Positions 48,235 through 60,398 of a stretch of 64,000 nt of DNA are shown here, piece by piece. Under the pieces are notes generated by a model. That model had not been told where the DNA came from and ran no database searches. It was given only the letters and a program-made list of their open reading frames with translations. This stretch comes from Bispira polyomma (lineage: Eukaryota): positions 18,600,001 through 18,664,000 of the forward strand of contig OZ287754.1 of assembly GCA_965649765.1 (NCBI GenBank), written 5' to 3'. The translations under genes and the position numbers were made by a program. Positions within the stretch are counted from its first letter, which is position 1; every line of letters begins with the position of its first letter.

Positions 48235-48602
48235 GTCAGATGCTCATTGTTAAGACTACTAGTTAACCTTTTAGATCCTGACAACTACCTCCGGCTGATG
48301 GGAAGTGAGCTCTGTAATTCAAACTTAAATTCCTCACCTCTCACCCCTCATCCTCGGTATCATTCATTTAATTCATTTCATTAAGAGAGCCTTATTTATG
48401 GAGGGTTAGGAGCCTAGTGGGCTTGGTTTGATTCAGAGATTGAATCTGGTTTGGAATCTTGGAGGTGCTGTTAGAGAGCCTAGTGGGCTTGGTTAGATTC
48501 ATAGATTGAATCTGTAGGTGTGGCATGTGAAAACTGACGTCAGCCGTGCCACTGTTTTATTGTTTTTATACCTGTGGGAATCTTTCACTTGAATCCGTCA
48601 CA
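48235..48602 (-). mobile_element. Possible solo LTR
   Basis: TG...CA ends with weak inverted similarity; internal ~38-bp direct repeat gagcctagtgggcttgg; no TSD seen. Confidence 0.35.
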
Positions 48603-49084
48603 TATGTTTTACTGAATGATATCGCAAACACAGTGTGCCATATTTTGATTAAGCATAGTTCTGTTACTTTAACCTAATACTACTTTTAGTGGAGTTAAAG
48701 AAATGTACTGCTTAAACACTAGTCTAACTGTATTTATGGCTTACTACATTCATGCACAATGTATGTGGAATTTAAACATTCCTATTTGGACAAACTCAAC
48801 AATATAAACGTAAACATTGTGGCTTGTGCATGTGCTATTGAAGACAGAAGGTTTATTTAGTGAAATTAAATGCTACCAAGACATATTGAAGATCACAGTT
48901 TTTAAAATGTTTTTAAACTTAGACATAATGTCAACTTGTTTAAGAACCAGAAGAAGGTTGTTCCAAACTGCAGCAGCAGTGAATCTTATGATTGCCATAT
49001 ATCTGTGTGAGGGTCAATGTTTTCTACAAACATATTTTATTGTTTTGATTGTAGAGACCGTGTAGGAATGACAGTTTTAGCTAA

Positions 49085-51415
49085 AACCGCTGTCACACTA
49101 TCAATACCTCAATAATGCGGTAGGAAGCAATAGTTAGTTTTGCCCAGATTTTTTTAAAAGCCGGAAAATTTTATGTGCGACGACTATGGTTCCCAATTGT
49201 TGCGATAGGTCAGGAGCAAGGCCCGATAGATCGGGACAGATCGGGGATTTTGCTTTTAAGAACCAAAAATATCCTTCTGATTGACCAAGATGGGTTGGCA
49301 CAACCAGTTGCGACCATAAAGATAGGTTGTTGTTATTCCCGACACCTCGATCCCAATAGGTCGATACCTCAATCTAAGATAAGTCAGTACCTCGATCTCG
49401 ATTACACGCTACCTCGATGAGATAGATCTTTCAATATTGCAATCGGGAAACTTATGAAACCTCGCGATTGCCTCCAAAACCATATATATAGGGAAGAGCA
49501 CACAAATCAAATCAGTTTTTGCTGAGAAGTCAACTGAGCAACATGATACCCTAAAGGATTATAGATATTGCCTAAATTTTACAAGCTTTGTTAACATTTA
49601 TGCAGATACAATCACTTGCACTTAGAGATTTTCAAGGTCGAAGAAGAAGACAAAATATCATACCCTCACAGAATCAGAATCAGGATAATAATGTCGGGAT
49701 CTGGAGAGCCAGACCACCAAGGAGGTTCTGGGTCAAGCCATTACTCAGGGATAGGGAGGAGCACTGTCACTACTAAGCACTTCTGCCACGGATGGAGGCA
49801 CAAGATGCACAGTCATATAGAACTAGAGAGGAGGGAAGGATAGAAAAAAAACATGACCTGGTACTGCAAGGCACTGCCACCTGGCCTGAAGATTGCAATT
49901 ACGTTAAGACATTTGGCGACTGGGGTGTCATATACTTCACTTCAGTATGCATTCCGAGTGGGGAGGTCAACCATGTTTGTTCCCAAAGTTTGCCAGGCTA
50001 TCATCGACGAATTCCAGGAGGAATATCTCTGCTGCCCCACCACCCCAGGTGACTGGAAGAATGTTGCAGCTGTATACAGAGACAACTGGAATGTCTCCAA
50101 TGCCCTGGGGGCGATAGATGGCAAACACATAGCAATGAGATGTCCAAGAAAGTAGGGGGGTGAGTTCTACAACTACAAGGGATTCCACTCCATCATTACG
50201 CTGGCCCTGGTGGATGCTGAGTACTGCTTCATGTGGGTGGACCTTGGTTCCAGTGGCTCCTGGTCTAATTTACAGATTTCCAACCAATCTGAATTGAAGG
50301 AAATGATTGAGGACCAGTCTACCAACTTTCCCTTCTTGATCCAATAAGCCCTGGTAGGCCCCCCACCCCCTACGTCATCATGGGAGACGACACATTTGCC
50401 TTAAAGACCTGGATGATGAAACCTTTCTCCAGACAAGGTCTGGACCCCAATCAACAGATATTTAACTACAGGATATCCAGGGGCAGAAGGGTGGTCCAGA
50501 ATGCCTTTGGTATATTAGTGACCAAGTTTGGAATTTTAATCTCAATGATGCAGCAGGAACCACCTGTGGTAGCCACCTTAACCCTAGCCTGTGTAGTCCT
50601 GAGCACAACATGCTCAGAAGTGAAATAATCCACCAGGGATGAGAGCACCCAAATCCAGCAGATGACCTCCACTCCCACAGGTTGTACTGATTGGAAATCA
50701 ACACAACCCAGCCAACAGAAATCCTAGCCAAGTAGCCAAGGAACAGAGAGACACCCTGATGGACTACTTCATGATCGAGGGGGCAGTGTCATGGCAGAAC
50801 GACTGTGTTTAAAGCCTCCCCTGAGCCTGAGGAAGAAAGAACTAATCGGCCGTACAGATCCACACAAAGCATCCAAGAACATGTTCCGAGCTGTTATTTC
50901 AAAATATAATCAATCCCAAACCCCTGATGACAAAAAATATGTTGGCCCCACACAAAATATCAACCCTACAGAGACAAAGAACAAAATATTAAGATCCCCC
51001 CCTAACCCCCTTACACCCCCCCCTCCCCCCCCCCCCTTACTGAAGTTAAATTCATAACTGTCCAAGTCCAAGTATAAAATATAAGTAGATGTTGACTCTC
51101 TGGAAGCTGGCCTGATTCTGATGAGTTATCTTTAGAGTTGCTGCTTCCTTGCAATTTATCGTCCGCTTTAGCTAAGTTATCTTTACAATCAAGAACATGG
51201 TAACGACTTATCTTTATGACTTGTTGAGTTATCTTTACGATTGAAGTATTTCTTAAGACCTATCCTTGTCATTTGACAGGATAACTCGGGAGAAGTAGAC
51301 GACAACTCGTAATGCTCCCGACCAATCGGGACCGATTAGACGTTTAATTTTTTTTAAAATGGCAAATTTTTCTTCCGATTTAGATGCCGATCGGAAAGAT
51401 AGGTCGTTATAAGGT
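49085..51415 (+). mobile_element. PIF/Harbinger DNA transposon, decayed; right end cut by a LINE
   Basis: Left terminus ..ccgctgtcacact follows TAA in a fourth promoter module; CpG-rich subterminal regions. Confidence 0.85.
49588..50792 (+). pseudogene. Harbinger DDE transposase (HARBI1-like)
   Basis: LKIAITLRHLATG, GAIDGKHI, YNYKGFHSI, GDDTFAL..MKPF, FNYRISRGRRVVQNAFGIL. Confidence 0.93.
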
Positions 51416-51417
51416 TG

Positions 51418-53208
51418 TTTTTTTATATATTTTATTTATTAACAACAAAAAAGGAGACATTCACAAGTTATAGTAGGCATTGTAGATAGAGTTTTATACT
51501 GTACAATCTCATATTGATATGCTTGCAACAAAAGAATATAGTACCTGTATTACACAAATGTTCAAAAATCCATACTTACATTAAATACAAAACATTACTC
51601 ACAATAAATTTTACAATAGTGTTGTTTACTTTCTATGTTAATCTTTTTGAATTTCTGTTTTTATAAAACATCATAAAGTAACCCAAAGTTTTTGTTAACT
51701 AAATGATCTTGTTTGTATTGATCATTTATTATTTTTTCTATATAAAGCTTATCCTTGAGTATTACTAAAAAATCTAAAAAAAACTTTGCTCTTTTGTTAC
51801 GCTTGCATTTGCTGACAATATGTAGTATTTACCCATTAATGTGACATAATTCAACACATAAAAAAATTAAGGATCAAACTTGATAAATCCTAGTAAAGTT
51901 TTCAAAACAGTTAAGTCAACATTTATATCTAATGAAACAGATAACTACGTTTTAATTTGTTCCCAGAACACACATACAGTCTTGCAATAGTAAAGATAAT
52001 GTTAAAGATTGTAGATTTCTGAACACCAGTCACAATGTGGTGAATTAACTATACTCCAAAGAAATAATTTATAATTACAATAATAAACCCTGTGCAAAAT
52101 TTTATATTGTAGAGTCTGAATATAAGTATCTTTAACAATTTTAAAACTTAAAGGATATATATTCCTCCAGTCAGCATTTTCAAGAAAAGGATAATATTCA
52201 ATCCATCTATCTTTACTATTTGAAGGTTTCATATTCTTATGTACAAGGTAATTATATACCTGTTTACTTTTTACTTTAGACAGGTTGCCAAGACAAAGTT
52301 TTGGAATGTTGTTAGACATATTAGCACTAGAAGTGTTTTCTTTTTTAAGTAAATATTTCCAATCTGAGGGTATAGCGCTTATCAAGTTATTTTATTTCAT
52401 TACTGGGATACAGATATTATATTTAGACTCCTGATTTGATTTTGTTTCAAAGATTGCCTGGTGATCTTTTAATTCATCAGCAATATAACAAATACCTGCG
52501 TTGAACCAATCTGTATATTCAATGTTTATTATTTTGATTCCAATACAGATTGCCGTATTATTTCACAATTTTTTTTGTTTTACTTCGAATGCATTTCTAT
52601 GTGGAGCTGCAATGAAACTGTACCAAGTGTATAATAAATCAGTATAATAATCAGTTTTTGGTAAGTTTTTAATACTTGAAACAGGTAGTTTGTTATACAG
52701 CTGCTTTGGCCTTGATACACATCAGATATTCTGATAAAGACTTCCATTTAGCATTATTATTATTACAGAATCTATTTATCCACATTATATATGTTGTTTC
52801 AACAAGACACTTTGTAGAGACAATATTTAAACCATCATTTTTAACCGATACAATTAGTGTATTTTTTTACACTAGATGTTTACATTTTATCAAGTTGAAA
52901 TATTAAAGTTTTATTCAAAGGAAAGACAGAAACAATCTGATAAATGTGTGGGATGATTAGAGATTATAAAACTGTGATTTTACCTTTAATTGTTAAACAT
53001 CTGGACTGCCACCAATTAAGGATTGATTGAATTTTGTGCATCTTATCTCCAATGTTTAACTGAAACATTTCTTCAGAATTAGTGGAAAACTACATTCCTA
53101 GTGTCTTAAATGGTCCAACTTTACAGGCAATATCACATATCTTTTCAGAAACATCCTCTAAATTTTCAACTAAGATTGCTTCTGTCTTGACTTTATATAG
53201 CTTTCAGT
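51418..53208 (-). mobile_element. L1/Tx1 LINE, 3' half of ORF2, decayed
   Basis: KTEAI, RCLTIKGKITV, LQYKILHR, CDWC; A-rich tail at ~51418-51440. Confidence 0.88.
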
Positions 53209-53705
53209 GCCCTACCCTAATGAAGTTGTCTGATGAGTAACACGGGTAAGTAAAAAGGCAAAGATGGGGATATTAGTTTAATGCTTCTATGTTATATATC
53301 TAATATTATTTACATACTGGAGTTTTTTAGGGCCACCTTAGCACCAGACATTTAAAAATTTGAAAAGTTAAGGTGACCTTAACCTGAGAATTTCTCGGTT
53401 AAGGTGTGGAAAATTTTGAATTTAGGGTAGCCTTAACTTGAGGTTAGGGTTAGCTAAGATTGAGTTTAAGATAGTAATTTTAAGGTTACCCTAACCTAAA
53501 AGGTTAGGGTGAGATAAAATAGGTTTTAAATTTAGAAATAGGAGGTAACCTTAGTTTGACTTAAGGTTGCCGAAGATGATTTATTAAATGTATATGAAAA
53601 TATTTAAGATGAAATGAGGTGGTAAGGTGGCCCAAAAGATTTATCTTCAACATTTAAGTATACAATAATAGTGTAAAAGTATGTAAATGAAGCCCCAAAG
53701 CCCAA

Positions 53706-54509
53706 TTAGGAGGTAGTGGTTTTGGAAAGTAGAGTCTGAAATGTCAGGGCCACCTGTTCAGAGGAATTGTGGTCCTGGACTATATACTTCCACACACAAT
53801 CTAAGGTCCAAGTGCCATGACTTTGGATATCTAGGATTGGTACATTACTATTAAATGCTAATGTGGCACCTGAACGACGGAAGGTGTCGAAGGAGATAGC
53901 CGAGTGCTGAAGACCCAGGCGGGTAAGTATTAAAGAGAGATTTTTCCTAACTTGAGAGTCAATCATGGGAAACCACTTCTGGGCTTTTTTAAATTGGAAT
54001 AAGGGAGAGTTTTTGTTACCTGGAGTAATTGCCAATAAAATCCTAGTGGCTGACACTAGGCATAATGGGGAGCCATTTAAGGCAGGAATTTTAAGTACTT
54101 TAACAACATTTTTGGACTGAAGTATTTTGGACCATTTTATTATAATATGCAAGCCCGTGGGAGCAAAAAATAAATCGCCTCTTGCTAACTAAACTAAAGG
54201 AGAAAACTGGCCAGCAGCATGAGAGACCAAATTTGAAATTCTTAAGAAAGAAAAGAATGCTACCAGGTATAAAGCCTTGAACACTAGACCCATGTACATA
54301 CTGTCACACGTGTGTATAATTTTATGAACGAGTGGAATGTCTATAATTGCTTTGATTTTTGCCCTGAAAGGGCTGTTTAACACTAAGGCTTTCTGATAGT
54401 ATTTGATACGAGGATCTGCAAAAGTAGCAGTATCAAGGCCAAAAATAGCCATCTTTGCTTTGATGGCGGACAGGTAATTTGAAATTGAAGGAGAGGAGAC
54501 GTTATTTAC
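53706..54509 (-). pseudogene. Tyrosine recombinase of element 3, C-terminal part
   Basis: NYLSAIK, FLRISN, KWSK, TFRRSGAT, HGTW..VWKY; one frameshift. Confidence 0.9.
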
Positions 54510-54972
54510 CACAGGCCCCACCAACCCCAGGGAAAGAAACCTTAAAGACACATGAATTGAGCTTACTATTTTTATTATACATAAAATTGAGGTTATTGCT
54601 ACTACTACAATATATTTACACATCCATTAAGTATACATGTTAAGTTCGTTATACACATTTAATTAGTACATTATGTATACTGATAAACCTTTAATTAGTA
54701 CATTCTTGATTCTGGCAACCTTAACTCAACACTCAGTCTTTCAAGTTAAGGTTGGTTTGACAGTAAACTATGATCACCTTAACATCACTTTAAGGGGACC
54801 TTAATGTTTCCTTGATTTAAGACATAATGATACAATTAACTTTAAGGTAACATTAACATGTGTATAATTTTGAAATATTGAGTAATAAGTAAAATTCATG
54901 AACAGTAATAGCATAACATAACAGTAAAATTTCCTTCAAGCCCAACAGTAGTGTAGTGCTGCATTTATGTAG

Positions 54973-55971
54973 TTATTTATCTAATATTGATTGAAACGAA
55001 CGAGCTACTTGCTCCCCCAAGTTATGGTCTGCCTGGATGTACCTCCACACACAATCTGACGTCCAGGTGCCATGATGTTTGATCTGTTGTATTGGTATAT
55101 TTGCATTATAAGCAAAAGTAGCACCTGAACGTCGGAAGGTGTGGAACGTAAAGTAATGCGGGTCCAGACCCAATTGTACATTGAGTCTAGACAAAGTTTT
55201 CCTAATACGGGTATCCGTAAGCACTTGCCAACCTGCAGCAGTTCTGCACTGGAATAAGGGCTCATGTTGCTGAGGGTTATACAATTGAAATACGTCACGC
55301 AAGGCTCGGTATGGACAGAGGTGTGATTCACCTAGCTTGGGGAGACTAATGACATTGACCTTGTTTCTGTCTTGCATTGTCTTAGTCCATTTTATTAAGA
55401 CCTTGACCAGAGACTTGGTGAAGAAGACATCGCCCCCTGCCAAGTTTCTAGTGCTGTCAAAAGTATGCAAAGAATGTGGGGCAAGATTTGAGGCTCTAAA
55501 AAAACCAAAAAATGCTGTTAGAAACACAGCCTTGAAAACCTTGCCATGATGCATTTTTTCACATAATGATATCAAACTTTTTAGTGTTACCACATCCATG
55601 ATGTTTCTACGCGTTATTGATATGGGTCTATTAATTCTAACTGCTTTTACAAAGTACTTGATTTTGGGTTGCTCAAGGCACTGATAGGGGAGATCATAAA
55701 TGATGCATTTTGCCTTTATGGCTGATATATAATTGCTAATCATGTTGACTGAGACTCCACTTAGCACCAAACATTCCATAAAGGCCAACACTACCTCAGT
55801 ATTGATATCTGCTAATTTAACTTTGACATGTAAACAAAATGACACAAAGTTCTTGAATAACATGCTGTAACATCTTTGGGTCTTTGGTCGAAATGCCTGT
55901 TGCAATCTAGCACTTGCCTGACCCGACAGCCTTGCCACCACACTGTGACCTACAACAAAGTATAGTATCAT
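54973..55971 (-). CDS. Tyrosine recombinase of element 2 (intact frame)
   Basis: FFRASN, KWTKT, LCPY, HTFRRSGAT, HGTWTSDCVWRY supply the R-K-HxxR-H-Y catalytic set. Confidence 0.93.
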   Translation of the reverse strand: MILYFVVGHSVVARLSGQASARLQQAFRPKTQRCYSMLFKNFVSFCLHVKVKLADINTEVVLAFMECLVLSGVSVNMISNYISAIKAKCIIYDLPYQCLEQPKIKYFVKAVRINRPISITRRNIMDVVTLKSLISLCEKMHHGKVFKAVFLTAFFGFFRASNLAPHSLHTFDSTRNLAGGDVFFTKSLVKVLIKWTKTMQDRNKVNVISLPKLGESHLCPYRALRDVFQLYNPQQHEPLFQCRTAAGWQVLTDTRIRKTLSRLNVQLGLDPHYFTFHTFRRSGATFAYNANIPIQQIKHHGTWTSDCVWRYIQADHNLGEQVARSFQSILDK

Positions 55972-55994
55972 TAGTTATCAGTATGTGCTGTAGA

Positions 55995-57819
55995 TTATAA
56001 GTCATTATCTAATTCTAACATTTCAATACACACAGGAAGCCATACTGGCTGTTGCACATACAATAATAATTCACTGTTATTTTCCACTGTATTCTGCCAT
56101 CTAGACAGGAGATCGGCAGTCCTATTCAGTTTGCCCAGGACATGGATGTACTGTAGATCTACATCTGCCAGTGCAGCCAGATACCACACATTCCTGGCAC
56201 AGGCCCCCAAGAAAGGGTCCCTGGCCCGACCTGACTGCAGCACTTTTACTACAGCATCATTGTCACATTTAATTAGCACTCATCTACCACTCCAATGTTT
56301 GTAAAACAACCTCAAGGCAAGTAATATATTGATCATTTCTAAATGAACAATATCTAGCTGTTTGTAACCCCTACATATTCCAAGGTGGTATACCATGTCT
56401 TTCCATCTGCCCCCCAAACCTGTTAGGCAAGCATCTAGTTCTAATATAAAATCAGCATTTTTATGGTCATACATCGATATGCCATTGTATGTTGGCAGAA
56501 ATTTAGCGAACCACCTCAAGTCCCTAAAGAAGTCTGCAGTCAATTGAATTTTGCCCCCATGCTGGCTTTTTCTCAAGAGCTCCAGCATCCTGTTTAAGAA
56601 GAACCTGGCCGGCTTTACACATTTGTGTACATACAGTAGCAGCCCCAAAAGGGACTGCAACTGCCTAATAGTACAAGTTTTTCGGTTATGCCATTCCTTG
56701 ACAACTTCATTAATTTTGTACAACTTATCTTGGGGAATCGAGATAGTTCCAGTTTCTGTATTAATGAGGACTCCCAAACACACAGCCTGTGTGCTAGAGG
56801 GTATCAATTTCTTTGCACTAATCGTGAGACCCAAATTTTCCAACAATTGGTATAGGCATTCATAGGACTTCTTTGCTACAGTACCCAATATAATCGTCAA
56901 TGTAGTCCACGACACTGTAACCACGACAACGCATGACATAACGGACACCGTCACTTAATCGTTGAAAAATTTGACTTCCGTGTCTACTCCCAAAGGGAAG
57001 ACAAGTGTCAACGTATGCGCCTTTCCATGACAAGCCCAGCAAGTCGTAGTCACATGGGTCGTTCTTTACATGACGAAATGCCCTACTGACATCTATTTTA
57101 TAAACATGCGAGCCACGGCCTAGTTTTCTAAGCTCATCTGTGATGTGATCTACTGTGGGAAAAGTCAAGCAGAAGTCAGTGCCTAGATAAGTATTCTTAT
57201 CTACCCCTGCATTTACTGAGTGTCCTTCCGGCCAACTCAAGTCTATTATCACACGTCTATTAACCGACCCTGGCTTGTGTCTAGTCATGAAGGGGGAGTA
57301 ATGCCCCCCCTTTATTGGATGTTTGTCAAAAGGACCTATAATCGCCCCATGTTTTATTTCTTCATTTAAATAGGCTTCTATGTCTTCAGGGAAATTAACA
57401 GCTGACTTGTGGTTTTCCCCCTCCCACACCAAATCAGTGTTCCTGTTAAAGTCCAATGGAAAACCATATTCAATGAACTCTAGTATTTCCTGGTCCCAGT
57501 AGTCTTTTAATACCATTTTCCAATGGTCTACCTTTAATTGGGAGTTGACAGGTATTCGTGCCTGTTGAAAATTGAATTTGCCAGTTTTGGTGACCTCAAA
57601 ATGTGCCTTAATCGGGTCAGTCATTACTGGTGCCTGAGTTTGAACAATATCATGGTGAAGTGGGTCTGATAATGGAACAAAGCCATAATTAAAGTCAGTC
57701 TGTTCTTGCCACTGTCTGTGTGCTAACACCCTGTCCACTAAACCTGTCACATCTCTATGTTTGTATAATATTGAATGGACAAATTTATCACCCTCACCAT
57801 TTCTGTTTATGTCAAACAA
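55995..57819 (-). pseudogene. RT-RNase H of element 2
   Basis: YGFPLDF, RRVIIDLS, KIDVSRAFR, LPFG, YIDDY, ELDACLTG, IKCDN; one frameshift and one stop. Confidence 0.93.
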
Positions 57820-57843
57820 CTGTGTTTGTTTCCCCTCAGCCTT

Positions 57844-58539
57844 TTATTTCAATTCACTGCACGTGGTACTAGTACTAACTTCATTTGCAGATGTATTGTT
57901 ACTGGCTAATTGAATCCCATCCCCACAATGTTCAATCAAGTCTTGACACTTCTTTTGTTCCCCACCCGTGACTCCCCCCAGAACAAGGGAGGGTGTTATG
58001 CCCCTACTTGTTATGGTTGGGTCACACTTCACGGTTTGTGTACACACTTTCATTGTCTGCTTTACATTGTTGACAATTTGGGGACACTTGCTTTGTTTAA
58101 ACACTCTCTCAGTGACAAGTTTGGTTTTCTTGTTTGTACTAGCTCCCTGAGCATTAACCCAAATTTCTTTCATATCAATTCTAGAGGGACAGTGCACGTA
58201 CCTAATCCAATTTTCCTTTCTACCTGCTAACAAAGCCTCAACGTTTTTTCTGGCAGTTTTTGAATTATAAAAAGTTCTGGTTCTATAACACTCGTGTACA
58301 TGAGCCTGATTTTTAACATTGAACCTGTCACTGAGAACCGTGTTTTTAAAACTCTTTGCTATTCTACCTTTAGTAAAACACATATTACCAACACAGTGAT
58401 TAAACCTCTGAACACATTTTCTATCAACAACATTACATAACACTTGGTTAATCTTGTCTGGAGTATATACCTCTGGTTCCTTATACACAATGCTGCCCAC
58501 TTTTCTTACTAAAGGTGAGCAGCTGGCTGCTCGTTTTTT
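57844..58539 (-). CDS. Linker ORF in the -1 frame between gag and RT (probable pol N-terminal extension)
   Basis: Open ~230 codons starting at the AAAAAAC site; positional equivalents in elements 1 and 3. Confidence 0.55.
   Translation of the reverse strand, partial: KKRAASCSPLVRKVGSIVYKEPEVYTPDKINQVLCNVVDRKCVQRFNHCVGNMCFTKGRIAKSFKNTVLSDRFNVKNQAHVHECYRTRTFYNSKTARKNVEALLAGRKENWIRYVHCPSRIDMKEIWVNAQGASTNKKTKLVTERVFKQSKCPQIVNNVKQTMKVCTQTVKCDPTITSRGITPSLVLGGVTGGEQKKCQDLIEHCGDGIQLASNNTSANEVSTSTTCSELK
58492..58539 (-). promoter_or_regulatory. Putative -1 frameshift signal (element 2)
   Basis: A AAA AAC, then 9 nt, then stem gctgctcac/gtgggcagc. Confidence 0.65.
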
Positions 58540-59651
58540 GAATGAAAATATTTCTTCCCAAACATACAGTCCTTTTCTGGGTGACCACTCACCCTTCCCC
58601 TCTCCAGACAAGAAGAACATATATGTTTGTGGATTTTGCCACCGTTCTCGTAGTCCTTACTCTGGCTACAAGCCCCAGTTTGATACACTTTACAATACCA
58701 ATGTTTACCACCCCGATTAACATCTGAATTTTTTCCCCAGTTATTTTTACTTGGTACTACATGCTTTTGTGCATGAGCACGTCGAATCCTATCTATTCTG
58801 TGACTATCTTCCCATTTCAGGGCACCCCTTTCCATCTCACAAAGCAGCACAGCATGTGCTGCTTTAGCTGTCTGCCACGAGAAATCAGTGGCATCCTCCA
58901 TCAAATCTGACATGTATAGTAACATTTTCTCTTTAATATCGGAGTCTTGCTCCTCAACAATATTCTTGGTAAAACCCTGCACCCACTGAGTGAGTGACAA
59001 CTGATCATAGGAAATGCGTTGCCTAGTAGTGCCACCCAATATTGTTTCTTGGGGCCAGGAGACTTTGCTTTTAACTATTACCTCAATATTACCCCCCCTT
59101 TTTGATTTAATTTTGTTTGCCCCATCATTACCTTTCTGGCTCGTGGACTCAGCCTCTAAAGCACGAACACGAGCATCCACCTGCTTTTGCAGCTCATTTG
59201 AACTTCTCAACACAGATAATTTGGGGACAATTTCCTCATCAGAGGATGACTCTGAAGAATCTACTACTTTGTCAACAGTACGTTTTTTACTTTTACTGGT
59301 TTTCTTATTTAAGTTGGCACTACTTAACTTAGGATTGTTCTGTGAGGACGATTCTGCTGCTCCTGTTGATTGACCAATGGCCACCTTGTCCTCCACCAGG
59401 TCCAGCCGTTCATTCACCTTCCGCAGCTGTTTTAGGATCAGGCGTTGCACATCTTCTTCATCAGATGAAGATCCAGAGTCCATTGCTGTTGTCATCCGGG
59501 TGTCTTTGCTCTTCTTGCTCTCTGCCCGTGTGCTCCTCATAGGGGACTTTTCTTTCTGTGGTTTCAAAGCACCAGCAGTGCAGTTCCTTCCCGTGGGGGG
59601 GTAGTGTCTCAACATACACTTATTACATTTCACTTTATTTTTACTAGGCAT
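58509..59651 (-). CDS. gag/ORF1 of element 2 (380 aa, intact)
   Basis: CNKC..H..C N-terminus; WPQETILGG; DRIRRAHAQ; C-terminal CKVYQTGAC..HICSSC..HPEKDC. Confidence 0.88.
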   Translation of the reverse strand: MPSKNKVKCNKCMLRHYPPTGRNCTAGALKPQKEKSPMRSTRAESKKSKDTRMTTAMDSGSSSDEEDVQRLILKQLRKVNERLDLVEDKVAIGQSTGAAESSSQNNPKLSSANLNKKTSKSKKRTVDKVVDSSESSSDEEIVPKLSVLRSSNELQKQVDARVRALEAESTSQKGNDGANKIKSKRGGNIEVIVKSKVSWPQETILGGTTRQRISYDQLSLTQWVQGFTKNIVEEQDSDIKEKMLLYMSDLMEDATDFSWQTAKAAHAVLLCEMERGALKWEDSHRIDRIRRAHAQKHVVPSKNNWGKNSDVNRGGKHWYCKVYQTGACSQSKDYENGGKIHKHICSSCLERGRVSGHPEKDCMFGKKYFHSKNEQPAAHL

Positions 59652-60200
59652 TGTTTATGCTCCAGAATTGTTCATATATAGTCCAGTATCTAGAAAGGAC
59701 ACACACACACACACCACCAGTACGCTGTTTGAGGCAAATCCAAGCTTGATAGCCAAATTTCAAATAAATTACCCTGTTAATTAAATATTATATGTAAACA
59801 TTCCTTTTTAAGAGACCCTTTCGAGTCAAATCAAGCATGAGGTTGTCAAAGAGCGTGTGGTAGTGGTATAGAGGTCAATATTCCTTGAAGAGTAGACACA
59901 AACACAAAAAGTTAAAAAACTAAAATATGTAAAATGATAAAGTTCAGCATATAAAAAGTCCTCAAAAACACAATTCAATTATTCACATCTGACTTGTCCA
60001 TTAAGTCAGTTCAAACTGAGAAAGTATGGGGGGTTTCTTGTAAACAAGCTAGGCTTAGCCAATGACATAAGTTGTGTATCTTATTGCCTAGGTACTAGAT
60101 GGGGATTCCAGCTGACATCACAAAATAAGCAATTAGCCTGGTATCCTACTAATTTTGAATGGGGTTAAGGCCTGACCCCTGTGATGCCTCGACACCACAG

Positions 60201-60390
60201 ACGACTAGTACCTCTAGGAAAGCTAGAATGATGATAGGTGTAATAACGTGAGGGCTGACCTGAGCAAAACTGCAAAAGGCCAAGAAGATCCTAAACATAT
60301 TTGTGTATGCCCTCTGAGTGCTTGGTCTAAAGGCTTGGTGTATTCTAACTGAAGCTCGAGTGGCAATCTTTTTTAAGTGAGAGGGTGCTT
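60201..60390 (-). pseudogene. Tyrosine recombinase of element 3, N-terminal part
   Basis: EAPSHLKKIATRASVRIHQAFRPSTQRAYTNMF..LAFLEVLV, homologous to the YR N-termini of elements 1 and 2. Confidence 0.85.
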
Positions 60391-60398
60391 CTGAAAAA

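Larger units (their letters stand above)
54510..60200 (-). mobile_element. Tyrosine-recombinase retrotransposon 2, full length, nested in the YR gene of element 3
   Basis: Removing it, with the shared AC counted once, restores FLEVLVVNNVS in element 3. Confidence 0.93.

Noticed and set aside
53225-53260. Hammerhead ribozyme core (ctgatgag)
   Set aside because: No downstream GAAA or supporting stems found.
53706-55971. Single element with two recombinase genes
   Set aside because: Explained by nesting: the first YR continues in frame at 60201-60390.
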